From Fuerstiella sp. (GTDB lineage: Bacteria; Planctomycetota; Planctomycetia; Planctomycetales; Planctomycetaceae): a stretch of 44,667 nucleotides of DNA. Location of the stretch: NCBI GenBank assembly GCA_022447185.1, contig JAKVAY010000064.1:1-44667 (forward strand). Direction: 5' to 3'. Below the pieces are notes generated by a model that was given only the letters and a program-made list of their open reading frames with translations, did not search any database and was not told the origin of the DNA. The position numbers and the translations under genes are program-made. This document shows, one piece after another, positions 10,151-21,100 of this stretch. Positions within the stretch are counted from its first letter, which is position 1, and the number at the start of each line of letters is the position of its first letter.

Positions 10151-11488
10151 TTAATGTGATCGCTGAAATTCGGGCGAACGCGGTTCGATGATAAAGAGTG
10201 TTACAGCCCACGAAACGGCTGCAGCTGCTGAGACGAGCAGAAATGGAAGAACGTACCCTGTGTGACTGATCATCACGCCTGCGATGGGAGAAAGAAAAAT
10301 GATCGGTGTGGTACTGAGAGCTGTGGTACTAATGTAAATCGGATGCTGTCGAGGTGCTGTCAGCTCGAGCACGTAATTGATCTTCATTCGAAACGTGACT
10401 GGAACCGTACCCAACCACAAAAACGTAATCCAGTACCAGTCTGCGGTACCAGCCTGCCACAGTACCAGTGGAACGATGGGTGACAGAGCAGCTGCCAGGG
10501 TCAGCATTCGCAGTGCACTTCGTGTCCCTCTGGAGTCAGCAATCATTCCCGCAAACCAGCTAAAAGCGGCTGCTCCAACATTCTGACAAATAACCCAGGT
10601 CATGAGCATATGATTCTCATAGTCAGGCAGACTGCGGCCCAATCGCTGATAGTACGGGAACAGGACCATTGGGCATGCTATCAGACCACTCAGCATACAC
10701 ATCCGCCTCAGATGCCGGTCGTTTTGCAGACAATAAATGGCATCACGAACCGGACGACGTCTCTCCGCTGGTGCAATCGGCTGATCTGACGACTCTCGAA
10801 GAAATCGTGCACAAAAGCTGGCAATCAGGAAAACGCATCCCGTGAACAGAAAGACCGCCCAAAATTTTGGAGACGATTGGTCCACCCATGGACGCATGAT
10901 GAACAAGACCGCGAGGATGGACACCGGTGATCCGACATAGCCGGCAATTGCAATCAGTCGCCCACGACGGTTGGCGATGATCAACTTTCCCTGAATTGTG
11001 TTGAATACGGCCTGATTCATACCCGTCGTCGCGAAGAACACCGCATACAGAAACAGGAATATCAACGGCATCCATCGCTGAAGTTCTGTCCCGGACCATG
11101 CCACCATGCCACTCAATGCAAGAAACGGTATCCCCATCAACATGGTCGTTCTGAACAACCAGCGCGACTTGAGCGGTGTGTCTCGTAATCGTCCGGACAG
11201 CAACAGCGGAGTTACGGACTGACCCAGCCGATTGATGGGAGGCAGCAACCCGCTCAACCAGCCAGTCGACGTAATGCTGTCCAAAAACGCCGGCATCACG
11301 ACACTCTCGGTCTTGAAAATCCATGCAACACGGAACAAGACCTGGTGAAGAATCAGCGTAATCGTATTGTGACGTTCAGTGCGGACCTCGAAATCAAATG
11401 ATTCCGATCCGGCTGTAGACGGCGTCTGTTCTGCTATTACCCGCAAATTCGACAATGTCGCACTTTGAGTCTGATGGATTGACGGCAA
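10151..11488 (-). CDS. MFS-type transporter
   Basis: 445 aa with about 12 predicted TM helices in two 6-helix halves separated by a cytoplasmic loop (RFLRESSDQPIAPAERRRPVRDA). The internal ORF 10743..11324 in another frame is spurious. Confidence 0.7.
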   Translation of the reverse strand: MPSIHQTQSATLSNLRVIAEQTPSTAGSESFDFEVRTERHNTITLILHQVLFRVAWIFKTESVVMPAFLDSITSTGWLSGLLPPINRLGQSVTPLLLSGRLRDTPLKSRWLFRTTMLMGIPFLALSGMVAWSGTELQRWMPLIFLFLYAVFFATTGMNQAVFNTIQGKLIIANRRGRLIAIAGYVGSPVSILAVLFIMRPWVDQSSPKFWAVFLFTGCVFLIASFCARFLRESSDQPIAPAERRRPVRDAIYCLQNDRHLRRMCMLSGLIACPMVLFPYYQRLGRSLPDYENHMLMTWVICQNVGAAAFSWFAGMIADSRGTRSALRMLTLAAALSPIVPLVLWQAGTADWYWITFLWLGTVPVTFRMKINYVLELTAPRQHPIYISTTALSTTPIIFLSPIAGVMISHTGYVLPFLLVSAAAAVSWAVTLFIIEPRSPEFQRSH

Positions 11489-11856
11489 TCGATAAATCCG
11501 GGCTCGGTGAACATCCTCAATTTGCGACGATTCTCGCGTGTTGAAAACAGTATCTGGCCGAAATTGAACAAGGACCGCCCCGCTATATGGCCAGACTGTA
11601 ACGAACCATCCGTGTTAAAAACCGAGTGATCGGACAGGATTTTGAGGATTCAGGTCCTCTGAAAAGAGAACAAGGATGACGCAGAGCTTGCTGTCTGGTT
11701 AAGCTGGGTTACCGAAGATAAGCAGTTTTCCACGAATTGTCACTGCATGGCGGGAGCAAAAATATCCCGGCAAGTTTCAGATCCGTACCGCCGATGGTTC
11801 GGATAGAGTCCGTTTGCAGTCGGCACCGTAGCAGCGACAGGTTCTCGGAGGTTTGC

Positions 11857-12816
11857 ATGACAACAATCGGAAAAATCTGCCTTTGGCTCAACGTCATCGG
11901 CCTGGGCGTGGTTTCCGTCTGGCTTTTGCCCACCGTTGGTAAACACAGCAACGATGTTTCGGCAAACCTGGTGAGCAGCCAGGAAGCACTTGACCAGGCA
12001 ATCAACAACCACCGGAAAAACAAACGGGAACTCCTCGAACATCAGTATCAGCTTGCAAAGCTGAAGATCGGCTGGGGCAAGTCCTGGAATATACAGCAGG
12101 ACGTAAACTCCGGTGTCGAAGTCATCGCGGGCGAACGTCCACAACTGAATGTACGGGGCCTGGGTACCGATTTCGGCCTCATTCCTGTTCTGGATGACTC
12201 CGGACAAGCAGCCGAACCGGTTGTCCATGCGTTCAAGGAAACATCAGACGGCAGCATCGTTTACGTCGGTGAGTTTGACGTCATAAATCGTACGGCTACA
12301 GAGTGTGCGCTGCTTCCCAACTGGACCGTGACCCAGGAGGAACTTGACGTTTGGTCAGCAAATCCTGAGTTACCGTGGAGGTTTCGATCTATGGTCCCGG
12401 CTTCGCTGCGAATTCAGGTTGATCAGCTCCACGCACAATTGCAGAAGCTCTCTGAAGATTACTCTGAAATTGAGGCGAACGTTGCTCAGCAGGAAACTCT
12501 GCTGCAGCAGGCGAAATCTCAGCTCGAAATTCGCGAGCAGGAACTGAAGGGCAATCCCAATGCCCAACCAATATCGGGACACCCGGAATACGCCGACGGA
12601 CTGGAGAAAGCGATCTCTGCGGCAGACGAAGTCCGCAGTGACCGACTGATCAGCGTCGACCAACTACGGCGGAACATCAAGAACGCCCGTGATACTCGCG
12701 ACGAGTTACTACGTCAGCTGGACGAATCCAATCAGCGACTGTCCACCGTACGGAAGAATCAACCGGAGCGAAGAGGGCGCCCGGTCGGGGTAGCGGTGTC
12801 ACAAAAGCAGCGCTAG
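11857..12816 (+). CDS. Hypothetical membrane-anchored coiled-coil protein
   Basis: The ORF is open from 11737. The ATG at 11857 gives MTTIGKICLWLNVIGLGVVSVWLL (an N-terminal TM anchor). The C-terminal 120 aa are heptad/coiled-coil-like (LRIQVDQLHAQLQKLSEDYSEIEANVAQQETLLQQAKSQLEIREQELK). No family recognised. Confidence 0.5.
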   Translation: MTTIGKICLWLNVIGLGVVSVWLLPTVGKHSNDVSANLVSSQEALDQAINNHRKNKRELLEHQYQLAKLKIGWGKSWNIQQDVNSGVEVIAGERPQLNVRGLGTDFGLIPVLDDSGQAAEPVVHAFKETSDGSIVYVGEFDVINRTATECALLPNWTVTQEELDVWSANPELPWRFRSMVPASLRIQVDQLHAQLQKLSEDYSEIEANVAQQETLLQQAKSQLEIREQELKGNPNAQPISGHPEYADGLEKAISAADEVRSDRLISVDQLRRNIKNARDTRDELLRQLDESNQRLSTVRKNQPERRGRPVGVAVSQKQR

Positions 12817-12876
12817 ACTTCCAAAGTGAACGGTGGGCGCTAAAAGTCGGCCCAACTGCATTGCGGCCCGCAACAA

Positions 12877-13791
12877 TTGTTGGTGGATTTCGGTATGGGT
12901 ATCGAATCTCGCGAATACCTGAGAGATGAGGGAGATGTTTCTTTCGGCGGTCAGAGGTCTGTCCAACCGATGTCTGTGGTGACGAAGATCATTCTGGCGA
13001 CGGTGGCCGTCTTCGTTTTGCAGTTACTCTCGACTAATTCCGCTGACGGAACGTCCGGACTCGAACCATGGTTCATTTTAAGCGGCTCCAAATTATTCCA
13101 TGGCCAGATCTGGCGTCTGCTTTCGTACGCGTTTCTGCACGACACCGGATTTTTACTCCACATTGTCCTCAACATGTACATGCTCCACGTGTTGGGACGC
13201 GCGACGGCTCAGTTGACAGGCAACCGTGAATTCCTCTGGTTTTACGCTGCCTCCGCTATGTTTTCCGGCCTTTGCTCGGTGTGCTTTTATCGTCTTCTTC
13301 AAGTCAATCCAAACATTCTGGGAGCATCTGGCGCTGTTTTCGCTGTCTTCACACTGTTTGCGATGCACTACCCGCGACAGAAGCTGTATCTTTTTGCAAT
13401 TCTTGGAATCGAAGTTCGATGGCTGCTGGTAATCTACGTGGTCATTGAGGCCCATCCCGTCGTTCGGCAGCTCGTGGACGGACAACTTGGCAACGATGGA
13501 ACCGCCCACAGCGCGCACCTTGGGGGGTTACTTTTCGGCTGGTTGTATTTCCGCTGGAATATGCGATTTTCGACCTGGTGGGATCGTGTCGCACGGCGAA
13601 CGTCAACCCGCATCAAAGCAGGGAAATCGGGTTTGCGTGTCTACAACCCGAAGAACCAGCCGGAGTCCAATCTTTCGGATCGCGTGGATGCTATCCTCGC
13701 AAAGATCTCCAGCCAGGGTGAAGAGGCGTTAACCGAACGTGAACGCCGCATTCTTCGCCAAGCCAGCGAGCAAATGAAGAAACGCCGGTGA
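12877..13791 (+). CDS. Rhomboid-family intramembrane serine protease
   Basis: The catalytic serine motif GASGAVFAVF is in TM4 and a downstream AHLGGLLFGW histidine motif is present. The protein is polytopic. The C-terminal soluble tail is charged (EEALTERERRILRQASEQMKKRR). An alternative start is possible at 12895 or 12970. Confidence 0.75.
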   Translation: MLVDFGMGIESREYLRDEGDVSFGGQRSVQPMSVVTKIILATVAVFVLQLLSTNSADGTSGLEPWFILSGSKLFHGQIWRLLSYAFLHDTGFLLHIVLNMYMLHVLGRATAQLTGNREFLWFYAASAMFSGLCSVCFYRLLQVNPNILGASGAVFAVFTLFAMHYPRQKLYLFAILGIEVRWLLVIYVVIEAHPVVRQLVDGQLGNDGTAHSAHLGGLLFGWLYFRWNMRFSTWWDRVARRTSTRIKAGKSGLRVYNPKNQPESNLSDRVDAILAKISSQGEEALTERERRILRQASEQMKKRR

Positions 13792-13830
13792 GCCTCGACA
13801 AAGGACGTCAGTTGCCTGCTGACAATTTTT

Positions 13831-14454
13831 CTATTGAGCCGTCTCGGCCTTTTTCTCCGATGACGCCTGACTGTCGCGTTTCAATGTTTCCCTGACATCA
13901 ATCCGTTCCGTTTCAAGTAGATCCGCAACATACTGAGACACTTTGTTGGCCAGCAATCCGCTGGGATCGCAACCGGCCGCTATCGAACGGATCCTGCCAC
14001 CTTTTTCTATCAGGAAATTGGTCGGCATTGTCTTTGTCTGGAAAGTCTTCCAGCTGCTGCCCTCAGAGTCCACGGCGTACATCATCTTCAGCTTCTTCTG
14101 TTTGACGTAGTCTTCAACTTTTGAATCAGGTTCGCGAAAAATTGCGAGACTTGTCAGGCCAAGATCCTTGTATTCCGCATGCATGGTCTGAAAGTAGGCC
14201 AGTTCCTTATCACAGCCGGAGCATCCGCATGTAAGCCGAACCAATACGGGTCCCTGATCAGTCAGTTGTTTCAGATCAATTTGTTTACCGCTGGAATCTT
14301 TGATCCTGAATTTCGGCGCACTGGCCCCAATAACGACCGTCTTTTTGACTTCGGAAATTTCTTTTTTTTCTGCGTCCCCTGACTTCTCTTCAGCAAACCC
14401 CGCAGCCCCTCCCACGAACAAAGTGATCAGCGTTGCAGACAGACTCAGCTTCAT
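13831..14454 (-). CDS. Secreted TlpA/redoxin-like thiol-disulfide oxidoreductase (thioredoxin fold)
   Basis: Signal peptide MKLSLSATLITLFVGGAAGFA. A CxxC is embedded in the unusual CGCSGC motif. The C-terminus has redoxin-like beta strands (NFLIEKGGRIRSIAAG). Confidence 0.6.
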   Translation of the reverse strand: MKLSLSATLITLFVGGAAGFAEEKSGDAEKKEISEVKKTVVIGASAPKFRIKDSSGKQIDLKQLTDQGPVLVRLTCGCSGCDKELAYFQTMHAEYKDLGLTSLAIFREPDSKVEDYVKQKKLKMMYAVDSEGSSWKTFQTKTMPTNFLIEKGGRIRSIAAGCDPSGLLANKVSQYVADLLETERIDVRETLKRDSQASSEKKAETAQ

Positions 14455-14997
14455 GACGGGCTCCGTTGAACTCAGGTTTATGGACGGGAAACATGGCAGT
14501 GGTAGTCACGACCTGCCAATGCGACACGCGTAATCGTATCAGTCGACACTGCACCAAACAATCCTTCGCAGCACGTTCGCAACGGTGCGACGCGACGAAA
14601 GACTGTTTGGAAGGGCAAATAAAATGTTTGTGGCTGGCACAGCCGCGAGATGCCAGAACAGTACAGTTGGCGCCCACAAAAGCATGCCCTTCAGTGAACC
14701 AGTCACGGGCACCTCAATGATGGATTATTGAACGTGTTGGTGTCTGGTTCCATGTTGTTTGCAGTTCCGCTTTCAGACCATCCATAGTGCTTTCTTTACC
14801 GCAGTTTCATCTGAAGGCGAACCAAAGAAACGTGAAACAATGCTGTAGAGTCGGGTACTCCCTGACACGAACCGTTCAAGTATCGTCAATCCCGCGATTT
14901 GTCGTTCGAGGTGGATTCTTAAGTGTCTGGTACTGCACCTGAGAACAGGTCTGCAGATCAGGAATCAACCAAATTGAGTCATCGTGAAACGGGAAAC

Positions 14998-15031
14998 CTC
15001 AGGTAATAATGCTGTATCACCTGAGTTTTCG
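14998..15031 (+). promoter_or_regulatory. Stem-loop (CTCAGGT-14 nt loop-ACCTGAG) followed by TTTTC in the long AT-rich leader upstream of the NfeD-like/flotillin genes
   Basis: It is a 7-bp inverted repeat with a U-run immediately 3'. It is located 50 to 90 nt upstream of the candidate starts of the yqiJ-like gene, inside a 627-bp divergent intergenic region with no ORFs. Confidence 0.3.
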
Positions 15032-15081
15032 TGATCCGCAACCATAATTATTCGTTAACAATGGGGTATTTGATCGGCTGA

Positions 15082-15738
15082 GTGTCAATAATTCTTCTCT
15101 CATTAACGGAAAGAAGGACCGTGGAACAGTTCATAGAAAGCTCCTTCTCGTGGCCAACGTGGCCGGCTTCGGTACTGCTTTTGTGCGTCTGCGGTTATTG
15201 GACACTGATGGTGTTTGGGGTCGTTGATCTTGATTTTTTGGATCTGGATCTGAATTTCGACGTCGATTCAAGTACATCGATCCTGGAGATTGGTTTCGTT
15301 CCACTCCGGTTTCTGAATCTCGGCAGCGTTCCCACCAATTTGTGGCTGAGTGTGTTTGCACTCACTGGATGGATGGTGTCACGGTTGTGGAACAGTCCGT
15401 TGCCACATCCGACATTTAACTGGCCATCGGACTCGATGGCAATTCTGAGAGACGGCGGCGTGGCCGCTGCACTGACCAAAATCATTACACAGCCCTTAAG
15501 AGGTCGCTTTGACCCCGTGGAACCGAACCGTTCAGCAGATCTTGTAGGGAAGCACTGCGTGATCACGACCACTGAAGTCACGGAGACTTTCGGTGAAGCT
15601 GAACTCGCCACGGACGGCGCCCCCCTTCGTCTAAAAGTTCGTAATGACAGCGGTCAACTGAAGAAAGGCGACTTTGCAGTCATCGTAGACGTGCAAACAA
15701 AAGGCAACACTTACTTTGTGGAACCGGAGTCAGTTTGA
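15082..15738 (+). CDS. NfeD-like / YqiJ-like inner-membrane protein with C-terminal OB-fold
   Basis: The start is GTG at 15082; GTG at 15121 is an alternative. The N-terminal half has hydrophobic TM segments (SVLLLCVCGYWTLMVFGVV, LWLSVFALTGWMV). The C-terminal approximately 70 aa are beta-rich and OB-like (GKHCVITTTEVTETFGEAELATDGAPLRLKVRNDSGQLKKGDFAVIVDV). It sits directly upstream of a flotillin gene, as in the E. coli yqiJ-yqiK and Bacillus nfeD-floT arrangements. Confidence 0.65.
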   Translation: MSIILLSLTERRTVEQFIESSFSWPTWPASVLLLCVCGYWTLMVFGVVDLDFLDLDLNFDVDSSTSILEIGFVPLRFLNLGSVPTNLWLSVFALTGWMVSRLWNSPLPHPTFNWPSDSMAILRDGGVAAALTKIITQPLRGRFDPVEPNRSADLVGKHCVITTTEVTETFGEAELATDGAPLRLKVRNDSGQLKKGDFAVIVDVQTKGNTYFVEPESV

Positions 15739-15778
15739 CGCCGGACCTGTGCAGCGAATTCAAAAACCGGAGAGCTTC

Positions 15779-17917
15779 ATGATGCTTCCTCAGTCATTCT
15801 CTGCCATTACGACCCTCGGACTCGCTGAGTCTCTGTTCGTCTTTGGCGTTGGGATTATTGTCTTCATCATCTTTGTGTTCGGTGCCTCAGCGGCAATCTC
15901 CAAGTTCTATCGCAAACCTGGTCCGGAGGAAGCGATCGTTCGAACCGGTGTACGCGGACTGCAGGTCATGACCGGCAAAGGAATGTTTGTAGTTCCATTG
16001 ATGCATGAAGCACACGTCATGGATCTGTCTGTGAAACGCGTTCTGATCTCGCGTGACGGTGAAGACGGTCTGATCTGCCAGGATAACATGCGAGCTGACA
16101 TCAAGGTCACGTTCTTCGTTCGCGTCAATAATCAAACCAACGATATCAAGACTGTTGCGGAAACCATCGGACCTCGCCGTGCATCGGAACAGGCCAAGCT
16201 GGAGGAACTCTTCGAAGCCAAATTTTCAGAAGCTCTCAAGACTGTCGGTAAGAACTTTGACTTCGTCCAGCTGTACACCGAACGTGATCAGTTCAAGGAG
16301 CAGATTCTGCGAGTGATCGGAACCGATCTGAATGGATACGTACTGGATGACTGCGCCATCGACTACCTCGAACAGACGCCCCTCGATCGCCTCAGTCCAA
16401 CAAACATTCTGGACGCAGAAGGCATTAAAAAGATCACTGAACTGACAGCAGCCGAGAAAATTCAGGAGAACCACTTCACGCGAGAAAAGGAGAAAACGCT
16501 AAAGAAACAGGACGTCGAGGCACAGGAGGCAATCCTGGAACTGGAGAAACAGCGGGTGGAAGCTGTCGAAAAACAGCAAAGAGAAATCTCGGCAATCGCG
16601 TCTCGTGAACAGGCGGAAGCCTCCAGAATTTCTGAAGAAGAGCGGCTCAAAGCCGAAACAGCCCGTATTCGCACGGAAGAAGATCTCGAGGTTCAGGAAG
16701 AAAACAAACTGCGACAGGTTTTGGTCGCTCAACGTAACAAAGAGCGTACTGACGCTGTTGAACTCGAACGGGTCGTTCGCGATCGCGAGCTGGAGGTAAC
16801 CGAACGTGAGCGAGTTGTTGGCCTGGCCGATATTGAAAAAGAGAAGGTAATTGAAGTTGAAAAGAAAAACATACAGGATGTCATACGCGAGCGAGTCACC
16901 GTAGAACGAGCAGTCGTGGAAGAACAGGAAAAGATCAAGAACACGGAAGCTTTTATGGAAGCGGATCGGCGGAAACAGGTCGCCGTAACGTTGGCAGAAA
17001 AGGAGGCACAGGAAGCACTGGTTAAACAGGTGAGAGCTGCCGAAGCTGATAAATCCGCTGCTGAATTGCGTGCAGATCAGGTGGTCGTGGAAGCGGAAGC
17101 CAAACGAGCGTCAGCAGAAAAAGAAACGGAGGCCACCAAAATGCTGGCCGAAGCAAAATCCGCTGACCACGCGTCGATTGGGCTGGCTGAAGCCCAGGTC
17201 ATGCATGCGAAGGCGGACGCTACGGAAAAGACCGGGACAGCCGAAGCTGCCGTCCTCCAAAAGATAGCCGAGGCGGAGGCAAAAGGGCTCGTTGCCAAAG
17301 CCGGAGCGGTAGAGAAGGAAGGGACGGCAGAGGCACAGGTGATGCAACTGAAGTTCAATGCGGAAGCGACAGGTATCCACGACAAAGCGGAAGCAATGAA
17401 GCTCTTCGACAGCGTTGGGCGCGAACACGAAGAATTTAAATTGAAGCTGAACAAAGAGAAAGATGTCGAAATCGCTGCAATACATACGCAAAAAGACATC
17501 GCTGAAGCGCAGTCGGACATTGTTGGCGAAGCATTAAAGACCGCTCGCATCGATATCGTTGGCGGCGAAAGCACCTTTTTCGATCAGATCGTCAGCTCTG
17601 TGAAAGCAGGGAAAGCAGTTGACCGATTTGTTCACAACAGTGAAACGGTCACTGATATCAAGCAGACATTCTTCAATGGAGATCCTGAGTATTTTCGCAA
17701 CAAGCTGACACAGTTCGCCAGTCAGTTCAACATGAGCTTCGAAGACGTCAAGGATCTGTCCGTGACCGCATTGATCGGCAAAATGCTAACGATGGCCGAA
17801 ACTGACGAAACACGGGCGGAATTGACGCGGATGCTGGACACGGTCGCCGGTTCATCAATGGCAACAAAGAAAATTGCAGCTCTGGCCGGTGGACTGACAG
17901 AAAACAGTGAAGTGTAA
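15779..17917 (+). CDS. Flotillin (SPFH/band-7 family, YqiK/FloT-like) with an extended Ala/Glu/Lys-rich coiled-coil region
   Basis: The ATG at 15779 is preceded by GGAGAG (15768..15773); the ORF is open from 15716. The N-terminal membrane hairpin is LGLAESLFVFGVGIIVFIIFVFGA. The SPFH core follows (AIVRTGVRGLQVMTGKGMFVVPLMHEAHVMDLSVKRVLISRDGEDGLICQDNMRADIKVTFFVRVNN). Then comes a very long EA-repeat coiled coil and a flotillin C-terminal region. Confidence 0.85.
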   Translation: MMLPQSFSAITTLGLAESLFVFGVGIIVFIIFVFGASAAISKFYRKPGPEEAIVRTGVRGLQVMTGKGMFVVPLMHEAHVMDLSVKRVLISRDGEDGLICQDNMRADIKVTFFVRVNNQTNDIKTVAETIGPRRASEQAKLEELFEAKFSEALKTVGKNFDFVQLYTERDQFKEQILRVIGTDLNGYVLDDCAIDYLEQTPLDRLSPTNILDAEGIKKITELTAAEKIQENHFTREKEKTLKKQDVEAQEAILELEKQRVEAVEKQQREISAIASREQAEASRISEEERLKAETARIRTEEDLEVQEENKLRQVLVAQRNKERTDAVELERVVRDRELEVTERERVVGLADIEKEKVIEVEKKNIQDVIRERVTVERAVVEEQEKIKNTEAFMEADRRKQVAVTLAEKEAQEALVKQVRAAEADKSAAELRADQVVVEAEAKRASAEKETEATKMLAEAKSADHASIGLAEAQVMHAKADATEKTGTAEAAVLQKIAEAEAKGLVAKAGAVEKEGTAEAQVMQLKFNAEATGIHDKAEAMKLFDSVGREHEEFKLKLNKEKDVEIAAIHTQKDIAEAQSDIVGEALKTARIDIVGGESTFFDQIVSSVKAGKAVDRFVHNSETVTDIKQTFFNGDPEYFRNKLTQFASQFNMSFEDVKDLSVTALIGKMLTMAETDETRAELTRMLDTVAGSSMATKKIAALAGGLTENSEV

Positions 17918-18187
17918 AGTTTTATTCGCCTTTCGTCTGACATTTCCCTCTTGTTCAGGACATCAAGAGACATTTTAGAATTTGCAAGTTGGCAGTGTGA
18001 ATCCACTCTCCCTCCAGGACTGCCAAATCGTTGACGTCGGAAGGGCAAACTCCCGTGTGAATGCTTTGATGGCCACCCCTTCTGCACAACCGGTGAAAGA
18101 CCAATTCACTTGATGGAACATCAAGTAAAAGCCCATCGAACCCCAATGTAAGACGGGATTACCGTAACCCGCTGACTTTTTCGTATC

Positions 18188-21100
18188 ATGCCTGAACCTG
18201 CTGACAAACCAGTCGACGAAAATGCACCGGGGCTGGAGAGCAGTACGTACGAAATTATTCGCAGCCGATTGCTCAACTGCGGGAAAGAGCTACGTTCACG
18301 ACTGAACCAGCTTAACGAGGCACGCAGACAGGTCTTTGGCTCAATCGACACCGCATTGCTCAGTACTGAGCGAATCACGACCGACCACAACTGTATTGCT
18401 CGTGACATGGTGGCCATCGGTGACCGTTTTTTGTTCGGCTACAACATCCATTTTGGCCTCAAGTCTGAAACTGAACTGTCGGATGTGTTTGCGATCTACA
18501 ATTTTGCGGATCGTACGCTGCATGCTCAGGATTTGAGCCTGCTGATCGATAGTGAATTTGAGCGAGACTTCAAAGATCTGTTCCGCTACTACAAAAACGC
18601 GGTCTTTGCAAAATTCGCAGTTCGCGGGCCTTATTTGTACATGGTTTTTCGCGTCGGCAGGTCAGTCGATGAGGTTAAGGTCTTCAAGTGGATGATTGAT
18701 TCCTCTGCCCCTGAAGCAACCACACTTCACTACATCGACAATCGAAGCGACCATGAATTTCGATTTCCTCCACAGCATGATTTCGAGTGGCTTCGCGTCA
18801 CTCGTGACGATCACCACTACGGCGACTACTCGCACGTTTCGATTCAGAATCGTGTGTTTGTTGAAACCGTAGGCGGAGATCTCACTATCAAGGTCGAGAA
18901 CAATACGGATTCCGGTGCGGGGATTTACTCTGAACCCGTTGATAACGCAGATCAGACACTCGACGACGCAGAAATTTACTATGCGGTGGTTGGACACATC
19001 ATTCTGTTGAGGATCAGACCCTATCAGGAAAAACAGTTTCGGTATCTGGTTTACAACGAGAAACTGCAGCGAGCGATCCGGGTGGATTCGATTCGGGATG
19101 CCTGTGTACTGCTTCCCGATGACCATGGGCTGATTTTTTCCAATGGCTACTACCTGCAGGACGGAGAATACAAAACGTTTGAACACAATCTCTCAGAAAT
19201 GCTGTTTGAACGCACCATCCCGGCTCCGAACGGCGAAGACTATCTGTTTGTGTTCTATAACCGGGAATCAGGCATCTATGTCCTGCTGCAGTACAACCTG
19301 ATTGAGCAGAAAATCCAGAACCCGCTGATTTGTAATGGATGGACGTTCTTTGAAGCAGGCGAGTTGCTGTGTTTCAAATCTCAGGGCGAAGCTCAGAAAC
19401 ATCACGCGATTCAGTTGTGGCAAACGCCTTATGTCGGTGAAGACCACGTAATGCCCGTGCGGAGTGAATCATTCCTTACCAACGTCGGCAACAAAGACAT
19501 CGTCAGAGGAATGTCCGAATGCCATGAAATTCTCAATCTGATCAGCAAAGAAGACACTTACAGCAATCTCTACACGGATCTTGTCCGGCAAAGTGCAGAA
19601 ATTTCTGATACGTATTTCTGGCTGGGCCGTGATGACACGTTCAACCTTGCGGAAACCCTCAGCGAGGTTAAAGCTGCCGCCACAGCTGCCGTCGACGAGT
19701 TCGACAAGGTGGTACGAGTCAAAAAGAACACCCAGAAAAAAACACAAGCCGCTCAGGCGCAAACACAAGACATTCTTTCAAAGATTCGACATCGTCGTTT
19801 CGAACACATCAGCGATTTTGTGACCTCGTTAAGTGATCTGCGTGCCGTGCGAGGAAACATTATTTCTCTAAAAGATCTCCGTTACATCGACGAGAAGCTT
19901 GTCGAACAACTTGAAGACAGTGTGGCAGAACAAACAGAGCTATCGTCCCGCAACTGTGTGGAATTTCTGCTCAAACCGTCGTCGCTTGAACCGTATGAAC
20001 AGAAAGTACGCAACGAACAGACGTCAATTGAAGACCTTACCAAAGTGACCGAAGCGAGGTCTCTTGAGGCAGATATCGCACAGAGTGCCGGCGAGCTCGA
20101 GATGCTGATTGAAATTGTCAGTAATCTGAAAATCGATGATGCGACCCAGCGGACAACAATCATTGACAACATCTCGTCAATTTTTTCCAGCGTTAATCAG
20201 GCACGCGCAATTCTAAAGAAAAAGCTCAGGGAACTGGCATCGGTCGAAGGCGTCGCCGAATTCAATTCTCAGATCAAACTTCTGAATCAGTCCGTGGTCA
20301 ACTACCTGGATGTCTGCGATACGCCTGAAAAGTGTGAAGATTTCCTGGCCAGAGTGATGCTGCTGCTCGAAGAACTGGAAGGACGTTTTGCCGAATTCGA
20401 TGAATTCATCCTGCAACTGACGGAGAAACGTGAAGAAGTTTATAACGCGTTTGAGACTCGAAAACTTCAGTTGGTGGAGACTCGCAATAAACGCGCCAAC
20501 TCGTTGATGAGTGCAGCGGAACGTGTATTAAAAGGCATTCAGTCCCGGGTGAAGAGTTTCGAAACAGTCAACGATATCAATGGATACTTCGCTGCGGATC
20601 TGATGATCGAAAAGGTCCGGGATGTTGTTGAACAACTGCAGGAACTGGATGACTCGGTCAAGGTCGATGACATCCAAAGTCGGTTGAAAACGATCCGTGA
20701 AGACGCGGTGCGACAACTGAAAGATCGACAGGAACTGTTTGTCGATGGTGAAAATTCAATCCGCCTGGGTGCTCACCTGTTCTCTGTCAACGCACAGGTG
20801 CTGGATCTGACCACCGTGCTGCGGGACGGCAAACTGTTTTTGCACCTGACGGGTACGAATTTCTTCGAACCCGTTAACGCTCAGGTCCTGGACGATGCAG
20901 GACTGTTGAATGACTTCGACAGGGTGCGTGGTCAGGAAGTCGTATCCGAAAGCCAGGAAGTTTACCGAGGGGAATTTCTGGCGTGGAAGATCCTCCGGGC
21001 GTCGATGATCGGAAATTCCGACGCCAACTCACCCGTACCTTCACCTGCCGACCTCGCAGCGATGACCGATGAAGATCTGTTAGGATTCGTCCAACGTTTC

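Noticed and set aside
10743-11324. 193-aa minus-strand ORF inside the MFS gene
   Set aside because: It is an alternative frame of the same strand within a clear 12-TM MFS coding region, so it is spurious.
11709-12228. Minus-strand ORFs 11709..12023 and 11740..12228
   Set aside because: They are antisense to or overlap the start region of the coiled-coil membrane protein gene and the divergent promoter. They have no features.
16462-17574. Several Ser/Ala/Cys-rich minus-strand ORFs (16462..16674, 16499..16732, 16729..16944, 17077..17574, 17111..17491)
   Set aside because: They lie inside the flotillin gene. They arise from reading the GAA/GCN-rich coiled-coil repeat region backwards. They have no start context or domain signal.
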